A stretch of 64,000 nucleotides of DNA, from the NCBI GenBank assembly GCA_013265495.1, contig MU057651.1:2394948-2458947 (forward strand). The letters are read 5' to 3'. Each line of letters begins with the position of its first letter. Position 1 is the stretch's first letter. The position numbers and the translations under genes were made by a program. This document shows, piece after piece, positions 22,956 to 35,200 of the stretch. The notes beneath the pieces were generated by a model. It saw only the letters and a list, made by a program, of their open reading frames with translations. It was not told where the DNA came from and ran no database searches. The stretch comes from Vicugna vicugna. Taxonomy: Eukaryota.

Positions 22956-25900
22956 GGTTTGATCCATGCTCTGTTGCACGGACGGATTCCCATTCTCACA
23001 AAACCCCCCAGACAGAAGCCCCCTGGGCGTCATGAGCGCGGCCTTCAGCATCCTTGCCAGACACCCCATGAGATGGCCGGTGTGCGGTTTAGGGAGACAC
23101 TGGTTGTTAGAAAGTCCTTGAACGGATCTGCTTCCGTCCGGAGCCGTCCCTGCAGCAAATGCAGCATCAGTAATTTCTCCGGAGCACGAGGGTCCTTCCA
23201 GCCACTGGGGACAGTGAAACTAGCCCCCCTGCACACCCCCTTCTCCTGGCCCTTTCCTGGTTCCCTCGCGTGGGATGCGATAAACACGGGACCACGTCTC
23301 CTTTGCTTCCCCGTGCTCTCACACTCCCCTGGGCATCGCTCAGTGTGCCCACGTCTCCCGGAACCCAGCCCGGAAGGACCTGGCTGGCCTTGGACGAGGA
23401 AGCCTTTGTCCTGGTGTCTCCCCAAGAGGGTGTGAGGGAAGGCGGCTTGCCGAAGCCGGCGTGTGATCCAGCAGGGCTCGCCGCTCTTGGTTTACAAGCA
23501 CGTGGGCCTCAAACGCATCTTCTGTGCTTTGAACATTCCTAGTCCAGCTCCAAAGGGCAGGGAGCCGCGTGGAGATAGAACCTTCCAGGCTCAGACGCCG
23601 ACTGCCCCTCACGCAGGGTGTGCGTGCACGCGCTCGGGTTGGCTTCGTGCAGCCCAGACCCAGGTAGGCGGCCGACCTGGGCATTGTTCTCGCAGGGACA
23701 GCTCTGAAGATGCCTGCGCCCCTCATCTTGCCTCTCTGCCTCTGGTGTTTGGATTCTCAGGTCCTGTTTGGTGCAGTGTCCGGGTCTTTTTGGAACGCAC
23801 GTCTGTGCCCAACGCAGGCTTGGTTGCAAATGAGAGCATGGCTCCCCTTTCCATGCTTGGCTCCACTGCACCTTGATGCAAAGCCCGCTGAAAATGTAGC
23901 CTTTAAAAAAAAATTCAGATGATTTTTTTGAAGATGAAATTAGCATACTTGGGCTGCCAAGGATGCCACTCTGTCCCATCCCTGGCCCTGCTGTCAGGAC
24001 AGCTCGTATAAAAGAAATCGGTCCATGACGGTTTGGCAGCCAACCACGCCTGAGGTCAAAAAGCCTTACTTTTAAACCGTTGAAAACAGACTTTTTGCAA
24101 GTTTCTTAAAAGGGGCAAAGCTCACACCGTGCATCGAAGCGAGCGCAGAAAAATGCGCCCCTGGAGCGCGCCTTCCGCCCGCCTCTATCCCCGGTAAAGA
24201 TAGTCTTAAAAACCGCCGAGTCTGTCAGACCTTCAGTTGAGTTGAATTTTGACTTTTGCAAATGGAAATGCTGCCTTTGAGCAAACGGATCAGCTCCTGC
24301 GATCCCGAATTTCCGCAGCTCTGATGAAACGCCTGGGGTCGATATCGCGTCGTTTGGCGAATCGTGTGCGCGCGGGAGATACACCATCGCGACGGAAGGA
24401 TTTCCTCGAAAGCTCAAGGGAAAGGGAGACAAGGTGGGAGGCGTGCTTTACGGCACCAGGTGTGTGGACGGTCTTGCTTGTGACGGTTCGTGCAGGCGTC
24501 ACCAGTGGGACCGCTTCCCGACGCTGTGGGTCAGGAAGGCTCACGTACGAAGACCCTCAGAGGAGCAGGGAGGGGAGGGATGGAGACATGTCTCTCTGCC
24601 ATTGAAGAATGCGATTCATTTAGGAAGAACAGAGAAAACAAAGGCGAGAGACCAGCCTCCAGGATTTCGCTGTGAAATGCCAGCGGCGTTTGTGAGAGAA
24701 TTCCCATCTCAGAGGGACGTATCTGTCCACTTGCCCACCCACCTGGGCTGCGCCCCCCAGACTGTTCAACAGGGAAAGAAATTCACTTCTTGAGTTTGTC
24801 AGAAAAAAAAAATTAATAATAACTTCTTTGACGTCTTCAAATGGCTGTTCAGGGTCCACGGAAGGGACTCAGGGGGGTCCTCACAGGACAAAGGAAAGCA
24901 GTGATGCTGAGCGACAGTGTGAGACGCCCCGCACTTCGGCTGGGAGCAAAAATTCTCACCTTGAAAAGAGAAAAAAGAGAGTGGGACGTGTACATTAAGA
25001 AACAGATACTTGGGGCACCTTCTTGGAGGTGAAACACCTCTGTAAGGTGTTGCTTGCCCGATCCCACAGCGCCACGGACAGGACAGGACTGCGGTGGTTT
25101 TGAAGCCTTGGGCATCATTCGCAGTGGCGGCGGGGGGGCTCTGCGCACGTGGCGGGGGGCCCGGCCACCGTCCGGATTCGGGCAGGAGCAGACAAGGAAA
25201 ACGAGAAAGGAAGAAAGCAGGGCTGGGGCTGGCCAGGGCAGAGCAGCCTCAGAAGGGAGCCGCCACGTGCCGCCCAGTGACGGTACCCACCCGCGGGAAG
25301 AAATGCACCCGCGTCGCGCTCTGCGGATGCTGGCTTTGCTCCTGGATAACGTCCGGTCGGCTGGAGGGAGGCAGGGGGCCCGGTGGTGGGGACAGGTGGG
25401 CAGGGGGCATCTCCCCTCTCTCTCTCTCTCTCTGTTTCCCTGGATAGCCGCGTTCCCAGCACGTTTGCAGACCCCAACCGCGCCTCGAGGGGGCGGGCAG
25501 TGCCCAGAGTCATCCCGCCTCCCCAGGCCGGGGGGACGGGGTTGCTTATGCAGGTAACGAGGTTGAGTGACTGATCTCAGATCACACAGCCTCAATCTTT
25601 CAGTCTTTTGACTCTCGGTTTTAGCGTTTCAGTTTAAGCCTGTGTGTTTGTGAGCTAGGTCACCAGGTGAAACTCAAGGTTACCAGCTGAGTGGCACCTT
25701 GGACAGCCCTGTCCTGCCGTCCAAGTGGGGCTCGGAGGCAGGGAGGAGTCCACAACAGCCGAGGGGCAAAGTCAGCTTTGATGGAAAGCGTGTAGGCTTT
25801 TTGGAAGACGTGAGCAGACTTTCAAGAGGCTGATGGAGAGAGGACTGGGTCAGGGGACAGAACCGTGGGCCGGGGAAGTGTCCCCGTGGCTCCAGGCTCT

Positions 25901-28075
25901 GCGTGGTCTGGCCTCAGACACAGCTTCCCGGAGACGTGTTCCTGAGACAGTCACAGCCGTGGGGGTGACGGCGAGTGGGCTGAGATGGGGGGTGTCCCTG
26001 GCTTTGCCTCCCCCACCAGTGACTGCCAGTTTAAACCAGCGAGTCTCTTGCCTTTCCTCAAGACATCTTGTGGCCTGTGTCCCCCGGACTGGAACCCTAT
26101 CCCATCGAGGGCGTTCATGCTTCTATTTTAAGCCATGTTGTGGGATCTGTGTGCAGTAACTTTGGGGTGCATGGACCCTCCGGGCAAAGTTTGAGTCGAG
26201 ACTTTGGAAACAAGGCGGCTTGTCTTGTTTATTTTGGAAAGTCATCCAGAAAGAAGGTTTGGAAATACGAAATCTGGGGACAAGACTCCATGTGAGAAGC
26301 AAAGGAAACAGTCCCCAGGTCAAATTGAGGCGTTGGGCAGAGCAGACCCTGGGTAATGGATGCAAATGGCAGTGATGGGGGGACCCTGGCGGGGTGAGTC
26401 CCCGGGGCAAGCACGTGGCTTTGAGGCCACCGCCCCTCCTCCCCGAGCATCCCGGGGGCGCCTTCCTGGGGTCCCAGCTGTCACGGCCACGCTCTGTTTC
26501 TCAGGAAGGCCGTGCAGACCCCCCCTTGTCACCACTGTGGCCACCTCCGTTGGTTTTCACGGTGGAGATGCCCGCGTGACTTTCAGGGCGCATCTGGGGA
26601 CTGAGAGAAGTGAGCAGGTGGCACTTCTGAGCCCCCAGGCTGGGGACCCTCCCCGCTGACCACCAGAGAGCGTCTGCTTCCAGGTGACTCTGCAGCAGGA
26701 GAGAGACCCCGCCACGGGACTGGGGGGCCGGCAGCCGGGAGGGCAAGGGGGCTGCTGAGAGCCACCACACCCACCCACCCCTGACGCGGCCTTCCCACCT
26801 CGCGCAGATGACTGCCTGCTTCTCGGCCGTTAGAAACGTGCCAGTGAAGTGCAAAAACACTTGCGCTGTTAGATTTCCCATCATCTTCTGTTCTTTCATT
26901 TCCTCTCGCTTTTGCATCATTTACTCATAAGCGGAGATCTTTGGGGCGATGGCACAACCGCCGTGTGTCAAGCTGGGAGAAGAAATCTTGGGGCCGCTGG
27001 TGTCACATCGTCCCCGGGGGCCGGCAGGTCACAGCGGGCCCAGCCCGGACAGCGCGCTGGCCACCAGCAGTTGGAGAGAGGCAGGTCTGTGGTTGGCTCA
27101 CTGGCTGTTAAGGACCTGCTTTTAAAAATACCAGCTGTCTTTCTAGCATGAGGGGCTGGTGCTTTCACACGACGGCTAGCTGATCCATTCAGGCTGTGCG
27201 TGCGTCTCTGAACAAAACCAACCAATCGGAAACTTGCTGAGTTCTGATTTGAGCGTCTTAAAATTCCCAGCACATCACAGATGTCCATTAGCCACCTTCC
27301 CTTTTTTGTCTCTTAGTGGAAAAGACCCAAGCTTTTTTTTTTTTTGTCTCTTAGTAGAAAAGGCTCAAGCATTTAGCTCCTTCTGGTTTGATGACGAGAA
27401 AGGGGTGAATTTAACCACGTTAGGAGCTGCTACGGCTCATTTTTAAAAGTCACTTTATGGCCAGGAGAAATCGTGTGTTTTCATAACCTCGATAAACTCA
27501 GTTTTGCATGGTTACCCCTTCAGGTTGAAACACATTTCATTTCATCATTTCCCAGAAGGGGCACTGAATCCACCCATTTCCTGTTTTTAATCTCAGAATG
27601 TTCTGTGTTTCCTCCATGTCTGCTTTCCTGGCAGCAGGACCCTGGAGGTGATCGACAGCAACCCCTTTGGTGCTTCTGTAAGATCGTGCATGCTTTGCAC
27701 GGAGCTGTAGTCGCACCTGCAGGCTCTTTGCACAGGACTGGATGTGCGAGGAGAGCGGGCTGTCCCAGCCGCGCGTGAGACGGGGCAGCGAGCTGCTGCA
27801 GAAGCTTCTGGAACCCCTGTGATGGCTGGGCCTGATCCCACATCTGACACTCCTATTTGTGCTCCCAGGCCCCCTCGGCCAACATCCCCTTCCTCTAGAA
27901 TTTTCGGGGAAGGAGCATTCCTTTGTGACCAGATTTTTCAGCTTACTCAAGCCCTCTGCATGAGAAATCTTTCTAGAAACTGCTGGACACCCTGAGATCC
28001 TTATAAGAATATCTTGAAAATACTCTCACCTTTTCTTATGAATTCAAGCTTCCTTTCTTTTTTGCTAAGAATAAC

Positions 28076-28430
28076 CTTTTTAAATTATTTTTGAAGTGCA
28101 GTCAGTTACCATGCGTCCATTTCTGGTGTGTTATCACCATGTCCCCGCCATGCACATACACACATACATTCCTTTCCATCTTCTTTTTCATTAAAGGTTA
28201 TTGCAAGATATTGAACATAGTTCCCTGTGCTCTGCAGAGACTGCTTTTTTTTTTAAAATCTATTTATATATTTAGTGGCTAACGTTTGCAAATCTCAAAT
28301 TCCCAAGCTTACCCCTTCCCACCCCTTTTCCCTGGTAACCATCAAATTGTTTACAGTGTCTGTGAGGCTGTTTCTGTTTCTGTTTCGTAGGTGAGTTCAT
28401 GAGTGTCCTCATTCTTTGCAGCCTTGGCTC
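28076..28430 (-). mobile_element. L1 3' end
   Basis: ttttgaagtgcagtcagttac...ggttattgcaagatattgaacatagttccctgtgc...ccctggtaaccatcaaattgtt. Confidence 0.85.
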
Positions 28431-28934
28431 TGATGTTGCAGAGCGACCACTGGCGGGCACGCACTTTGCAAACTGTAACCCCGTGAGCCGGGGTGGGGGT
28501 GGGGGGGTCTGTTACCAGTTACTCCTCCCGCAAACAGTCCTCAGGCCTGCCTGCCTGCAGCGTCGTGGGTGATGGCTTCCAGGTTTCCGTAACGGTGCAG
28601 GTGGCAAATGTGTACTCCTCTTGGGGCCAGAAACTTCCCGATGCCCTGGTCCGACCGGGTCGGTCCCGAGCGTCGCTTCAGAACCTGTCATTGTGTGTAA
28701 AGAGCTTATCACTGGTCCCTACGTGCCCCTGGCTTTGGATTCCCTTATCTGTTGGGAGGCCATTTTTGGCTTCTTCCTCCACCTGCTCATTTGCGACTTC
28801 GAATCTGCTGGGTGTTAAGATAAGGAAGAGCCATCTCCTCTTGCCACAACCGTGCAGGAGGTGAGGGGACAGACGCCCCCGGGGAGGGCAGAGGGACTCA
28901 CCGAGGAGTAAACACATGCATTGGAGTTCAAAGT

Positions 28935-29150
28935 TTTTTTTGGGTTTTTTTTTTTTTTTGTATTATAGTCGGTTACAATGTGCATCGATGTCTGGTGCAC
29001 AGCATCGTGTTTCAGTCACACTCGCACGTACATATATGTTCCTTTTCGCATTCTTTTTCATTCCAGGTGACTGCAAGGCATTGCGTATGCTTCCATGCGC
29101 TCTACAGAAGACACGTGCTGTGTCTCTGCTGCATGTGCAGTATTGTGTGT
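28935..29150 (-). mobile_element. L1 3' end
   Basis: T run followed by tatagtcggttacaatgtg...tctggtgcacagcatcgtgtttcagtc...ttccatgcgctctacag. Confidence 0.8.
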
Positions 29151-32023
29151 CTGCGGGCCAGGTCAGCGGGAGATGCTCGAATTCCCACGGTTGCATTTTT
29201 GAGTTTTTCGCCCTCCTTGGTCTTCATTCAGACCCTTTCCACTTAAGTTTTCATCGTGTCGCTTAGACCTGAAGCCCCCGCTTAGACCTGAAGCCCCCGC
29301 GTCGAAATGAAAGGCTGGCGATCGTTCTTTATCTGATGGGCAAATACGTCTTCTTATGACCTTATGAGAAAGGTCATTATTCTCGGCCCTCAGCTTGACA
29401 GATCTTGGGTGAAACTTTCCGTGAATTCCACGCCGTGTCTGTTTTTCCATCTTATCGACGTTTAGACTTGTGAATACCTGTGTTTCCTGAAAATATGCCC
29501 CTTAGGCAGGCTGTGGCTTCCCCAATCCCTCTTCCCTGCGGAGAAGGTAGAATCTTGCTATAAAAGGCCCCGGCTAGGGGGGGCTGGGGGTGGGGAGTCG
29601 CGGGAGTCGTGGGGTCACCGGACGGGCACAGGGCCGTCCTCTGCGTCTTTGGAAGCTGCAGTCCCGCGTTCCCAGGCATCCAGGCCTCCTGAGAGAGAGA
29701 GGACCCCGACTCTCTTTCCCTCGGCTCCACCATCCCACGCCGTGCTAGCCTTCAGGCCCTCGGCCACCCCTGCCCCTCCGCAGGGCGGGCCTGGAGCCGG
29801 TCACCCACCCGCCTGCACACGTCCGTCTGGCCTTGAACTCTGGCTGGGTTTCTGCGCCGTCTGCACTGCCCCTTGGTGGGGAGAAGAGAAGGAAGTCTGT
29901 CCAGCCGTCACGCGCGGGGCTCTCTGATGTCACCAAATGCAGCAACTGACATGGAAGCCAGTCCTCTAATGGGGACACCGAGGCCAGAGTGTGGGGGCCT
30001 CAGCCTGAGACGGGGTCTGTCTGGCCTCAGCGGCTCCGTGGTGGGTCAGTGAGCCTCCAAACCTGAAAGTGTCAGCCCTCCTTTGTGTGTTTCTCTGTCT
30101 GTTACAAGGAGGGACACCCGCTCCCGCCAGGGACCCAGCCTGACCCAGAGCCAGGATGCAGGGGGTCGTGTTAAAACTCTGAGTGACAAGGAGGCAGGGC
30201 AGGCGGAATTCCCTCCGGGAGCATCTCCCGTGGACGGACGGCGCTGCCCCGTGTTTGTCTGAAACTCAGGCTACAAAACACCAGGTCTGTCCTTCGTGCC
30301 TGCGAAGAGCTCCTTCTCGGATGCTCCGGCCCCGGGAAGAGATCGGTGGTCCTCCCGGCCCGGTGCCCTCCAGAGCGGCCGGACGTGAGTGCTCTGAGCC
30401 GACAGCTCACTTCACTGAAGGGATGAGCCTGGGGAGGGTGCAAGGGGCTGGGCGGGAAGGAAGGAGGGAGGCAGTGCAGACCCCCGCTGTGGGCGGGCCC
30501 CCACCCCTGCAGGGCCCCTGGGCGCCAGGCTGAGCGCGCTGCCCCGCCCTGGCCGAGGGCTGCCCGGCGGAGGGCCAGCATCCCCGGTGTCCGAGACGTG
30601 GAACCAACTGACCAAAACCCAAGGGACCCTCTCGAGCACGCCTGCTCTTTGTCCTGGGACTAGAAAGGACGCTGAGAGGAAATAGTGCCCTGGGGAGAGA
30701 CTGTTGTCCGAAGGGTGGGTGTGGCCGCCTCCGCGGCGCAGAGAGATGTTGGATAAACTGAAGTGTGCCTGGGGAGGGAGACGCTGTGTCTTGGTTTTAG
30801 GTGGCGTGCTTGGGCTGGCCATGTCCAAGGCGTCCTGGGGAGATGGGACCGGTGTGCGGTGCACAATTCAGCCAGGAAGCCTGGAGGATGGGATGTGGAG
30901 GGGGCCAGGCCGGGCCGGGCCTTGGGTGGGGATGGAGACTGGGGCCTCGCCCCTTCCAGAGCTCTCCTTTCCCCTCTCCAGGGAGAGACTCACGTGGGTC
31001 TCTGGGCTGAGAGGACTCTGGGCCACGGCAGCCGTGGGCGGCGGCCGGGTGTTCAAGGCTGTCGGGGGTGGTCAGGGCACGACCGCCCGCCGGCTGGGAG
31101 GCCGGCCCGCAGGACAGAGGGTGACGCGCAGGACAGCCACCCCCAGGCCTGCATCCCCGCGCCGGCCCCGTCAGCATCCCCAGCGTCCCGTGCCGGGATG
31201 CGGTCCAGCCCCCAGGCTGAAGGGGCCCCGGGTCCCCTCGGGACCCTGTCTCTCTCGTGCTGGATGCACGGCAATGCAGCGTGTTAGCTTGCAGGGAGAA
31301 CTCGAAAGGACCGGCCCTGGGAGGGGACCAGTCCGTGGAAAGTCTCGAGAGATAACCAGTGGGTTTCCACCAGAACAACAGTAGTTCGTGGAGAATAAGG
31401 ACGAGGGAGCGCGGTGCGTTCGTTTTCAAACCCACCCCGCCAGGGAGCTTTCCATCTGAGCTCGGGGGGCAGGACAGGCTGAGGGGCCCCGCCGGCCCGC
31501 ACCCCCTCGCCACGTGCCCCTGGAAATGCCAGATAAGGATTTTTGTCTGAGCAGCCTCCAAGCTCGTCCGGCGGGAATGGCGCGTTATCTCCAGGGACAG
31601 AAGATGCCGCAAGCGGGTTCACCCGGTTTCTGGCCTGTTTCTCCCTAGACTTCATGTTTTTCCCTCTTTGCCTGTTTTGTTTTGAAACGTCGCCTTTGGA
31701 GGCCCAAGCAGGGTCCACCTGAAGACACCTACACTTCCTGAAGTTGCTTTGGCTCCCAGCTCCAGAATTAAACGTGTGGCCACGGGGCAGGGCGGTCCCG
31801 CCGTGTTGTCACGCTGGCTTCTGCCCACGAGAGGAGGTGGCAGAGCGGCCTCCGAACTCGGGGGGGCTTCCGGGTCTGGGACCGTGTAGGGCCGACACAC
31901 AGGTGACCTGGGACGGCGTCCCCAGCCGGCCGACTGAGAGCAGGCCTGTCACTGTCCGGCCAGGCCGCCAGCCGGGAGATGGTGCTGGCGTGGGAGCTGG
32001 AGTGGGGGCTTCTCTGCAGGGGA

Positions 32024-32240
32024 GGGTGTGTGAGTGTGTAGACTGTGTGTGTGCACTGTGAGTGTATATGTGTGTGTGTATATGTGAGTGTGTGCGTGTG
32101 TCCATGTGTGTCTGTGCGTGTGTATGTGTGTGTGTGCGTGTGCCTGTGTGTGTCCATGTGTATTAGCATGTCTCCGTGTATGTGTGTGCGTGCATGTGTG
32201 CGTGTGTCTGTGTCTGTGCATGTGAGCATGCGCACGCACG
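32024..32240. repeat. Degenerate compound (TG)n / purine-pyrimidine tract
   Basis: About 215 nt of tg/cg/ta alternation. Confidence 0.92.
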
Positions 32241-35200
32241 CCCCGCGGAGCGCCAGCTGCAATTCCTGCCGGGCTGCGGCCGTCACTGCTCCGGCGCCTC
32301 GGCGTTCGGCGGGGCTGCCACTGGCTTCCTCTTTCCCGCATCCCTGTATTTCGTTATTCGCCTGCTTCCCCTTCTGGGCTATTACAGAGCAGCCAGGAGG
32401 ATGTGGAAACGCAGTTACGCTATGACACAGGCCGCAGTGTCACAATCGGGCTGGCGGCCTGCATCCCGGAGGTTTCTGGATGAGGCGGGAGGAGGGAAGG
32501 GGGCAGAATGCAGAAGTGGGGCTCTGGAAACCCAGGTTCTGGCGAAAGCTGGAATGCTTTTCCCCTAAAGCCCAGAGTTTCCCATTAACGGGCTCCCCAG
32601 GTGGCTGCAGAAAGCTGCAGGCGTGTGTTTCTGCTTCAGGACCTGGGGTCCCTCGGAGGGGGCTTCCCGAGCCAGAACCCCCGACCCTCTGTCCCCCAGG
32701 CCTCCCCGCGGGCTCCTGGCTTCCTTCCGTCCGTCTGCAGGGCGTTGGTCTCGTCTGCTCCCCTGTGCCTGCCTCCCCTCCCGCAGCGTCTCATCCTGAC
32801 ACCTGCCCAGTGCCCACCACGAGGCGCCCTGAGCCTCGACGGCTCCCTGTGGCCTGGGGACCCCATCTCAGCTTCCAGAGACCTCCGGACCCTGGGACTC
32901 TCTCCCCCTCCACATCCTGAACCCCTGGGAGGACCCCTGCACCCACACTCCTGCCCTGCGTGCCCACTGGGCCGCCTTCTTGCCTCTCGTGTTGAACGCT
33001 GTCCTGCTTGGGGTCCAGGCAGGGTCGCCCGTCCCGCCAGGCTCTCCCCACGCTGGACACGACCCTGCTCCCAGGAGGGCCCTCTGGGGCTGGTCGGAGC
33101 CCTGCCCGCTCCCCCGGGCTCTGCGCCCACCCTCTGTGATGCTGGAACACAGGCCACCCGTTGAAGGCTGGGGGCCGTCACAGCTCACGGGCGGCAAAAG
33201 CCAGGTCAGCCCTCAAGGGACAGCAGAGGAAGGTTATCTCTCTGGGACAACCCTCTCATCTGAGCCCTCACATCCGGTGGGTACACATGGCGCCCTGGAC
33301 TGGCCCAGGCGAGCCGGGGGTCGCAGACGTCCAGGAGGGAGGGGTGCACCTGCGAGCCTCACGACCGGGGCCCCCCCTCTGCCCCGGTGCCAGCAGGCGG
33401 CCTGTCTGAGCCCCGTTTCTCCGTTTGCAAAGTGGGGTCCGGGTGTCCTCATGGGGCTGCTCCAGGGAGGGAGGAAGAGGGGTTCCGGATGGCACTTCTC
33501 ACAGTGACCGTGCCCGGTGACAGCTCACCGAGGGTGGGGCACATCTGGGGGTGGGGGCCAGGTCGCCCTGCCCCGAGACGTGGCGCGCTCGGTGTGGCGT
33601 GGACTTGAAATGGGAAGAATGCATGACCTAAACTGGTCCTGCTCACGTGTTTCTCAGTAAACACAGCTGAATCATAAAGCTGGGCGGGCGGGGGTGGGCA
33701 GGCCAGGGAGAAGCGGGGGACCTTCCTTATTTCAAAGAAGTGTGGCGTGAGGGGAGGGCCGGGCTTTTGGAGAGGCCCTGATCCTAGGAAACAGCTGACA
33801 CCTACCAGGAACACCGCGATGCCTCAGGTTCTTCCCGAGAGGCGCGGGGATTCGGCAAAGTCCCGGCCGCCGAGGGATGAGGGAGGCCTGTGACGCGTCC
33901 GTGGCCCGTGGCCGCCGGGCCCTCGCCCCTCCGAGCGCACGGAGACCTGGGCCAACCTGTGTGCCGGGGCCACGTCCGAGGGGACCGGGCCTGTGGCCTG
34001 GTGACTGTCTGGGGTCGCAGAGATTCCGGGAAGCAGAGGGAGGCGGGGCCAGGGGTGCCTTGTCCACATCCATCTCATCGTCCTGGGGGTGGGTGGTCAG
34101 CGCCCTGCCCTGGACCGGCGCTCTGCGGGCGAACAGTGCTTGTTGGACGTGGCTCTGAAAGTCAGGCCATGATGAGAAGCGGGGAGGCAGGAGAGGAGAA
34201 AAGAAAGGGGCAAGCACGAAAGACTTCCTTCAGGGAAGAGCAGAAAGTGCAAAGTGTTGGCATCTGGCTCCCCAGGTTTGCAGGCGTTCCCACCGGATCC
34301 TGGAGAGCTTGACGCTGCCCCGTGCCTGGCTTTGTGTCTCCCCACTGTGTGCAGGATGCTCCCCGGTTTAGAAGCGGGGGGAGCAGGGGCTTCACTGCCG
34401 GGCTGGGTTGGGGGCGGTGTGACCGGCGTGGGGAGGGGGAGGCCCGCCGGTGCTCAGACCCGGGCACTGCTGTCCTGTGGGGTGCGAGTCCCCGTGAGAG
34501 CAGGATGGTTACGCTGGAGACTTGCACTGAGCTGCCTTGCTAGATCTGCATGACCTTTGCCACTGGCACGTGCACACACGCGCGTGGACACACGCATGTG
34601 CGCGCACACGGCTGAGCCCTGGTGCACAGCCCGAGGCGCCCACCCCACCGCGTGCAGGCTGCGTCCTGGCCGCTGTCCCGGCCTCCCCCAGGCCCTCCTC
34701 CTCGTCTGCTGAGTCACCTTCTGCCTGGAATTCTGGCAGGGACCCCCTCCGAGCTTCTGGAAGGGAGGCCCAGCAGGGGACCCGCCCTCCGTGTGTCCTG
34801 AGGGAGATTACTGTATCTCTGGCCTCCCTGACGCAGGGCCCGGGCTCCTGGGATCTTGGGGGCTTGACAGCGTGCCAGCCGCGGGGACGGGAGGGCATGG
34901 CCGGGGTGCTTGCGGAGTCCGGAGGGCAGCCTGGAGGAGGCGGCACTGTGGGTTACCGCCGGCAGTCCTCCCCGGGCCCCTTCCACAGCCGAGGGCAGCC
35001 CACCCTGTGCCTCCTCCGTGTGTGAAAGGCTCACATTGGCGACCGTGCAGGAGGCCGGGCATGTTTGACAGCCAGAGCACCCCCTTTAGTTGGCAGGGCT
35101 GGATTTCAGCCTGAGTGCTCCAAGAGCCAGCACGGGAAAGCCACATCTGCCACGTGTGCACAGTCACACTCACTGATGCGCGTGCCCGCAGACGCCCAGA

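Noticed and set aside
30704-31612. Overlapping 170-270-aa ORFs on both strands
   Set aside because: Rich in Pro, Gly, Arg and Ala with no homology I recognise; typical by-products of high GC content.
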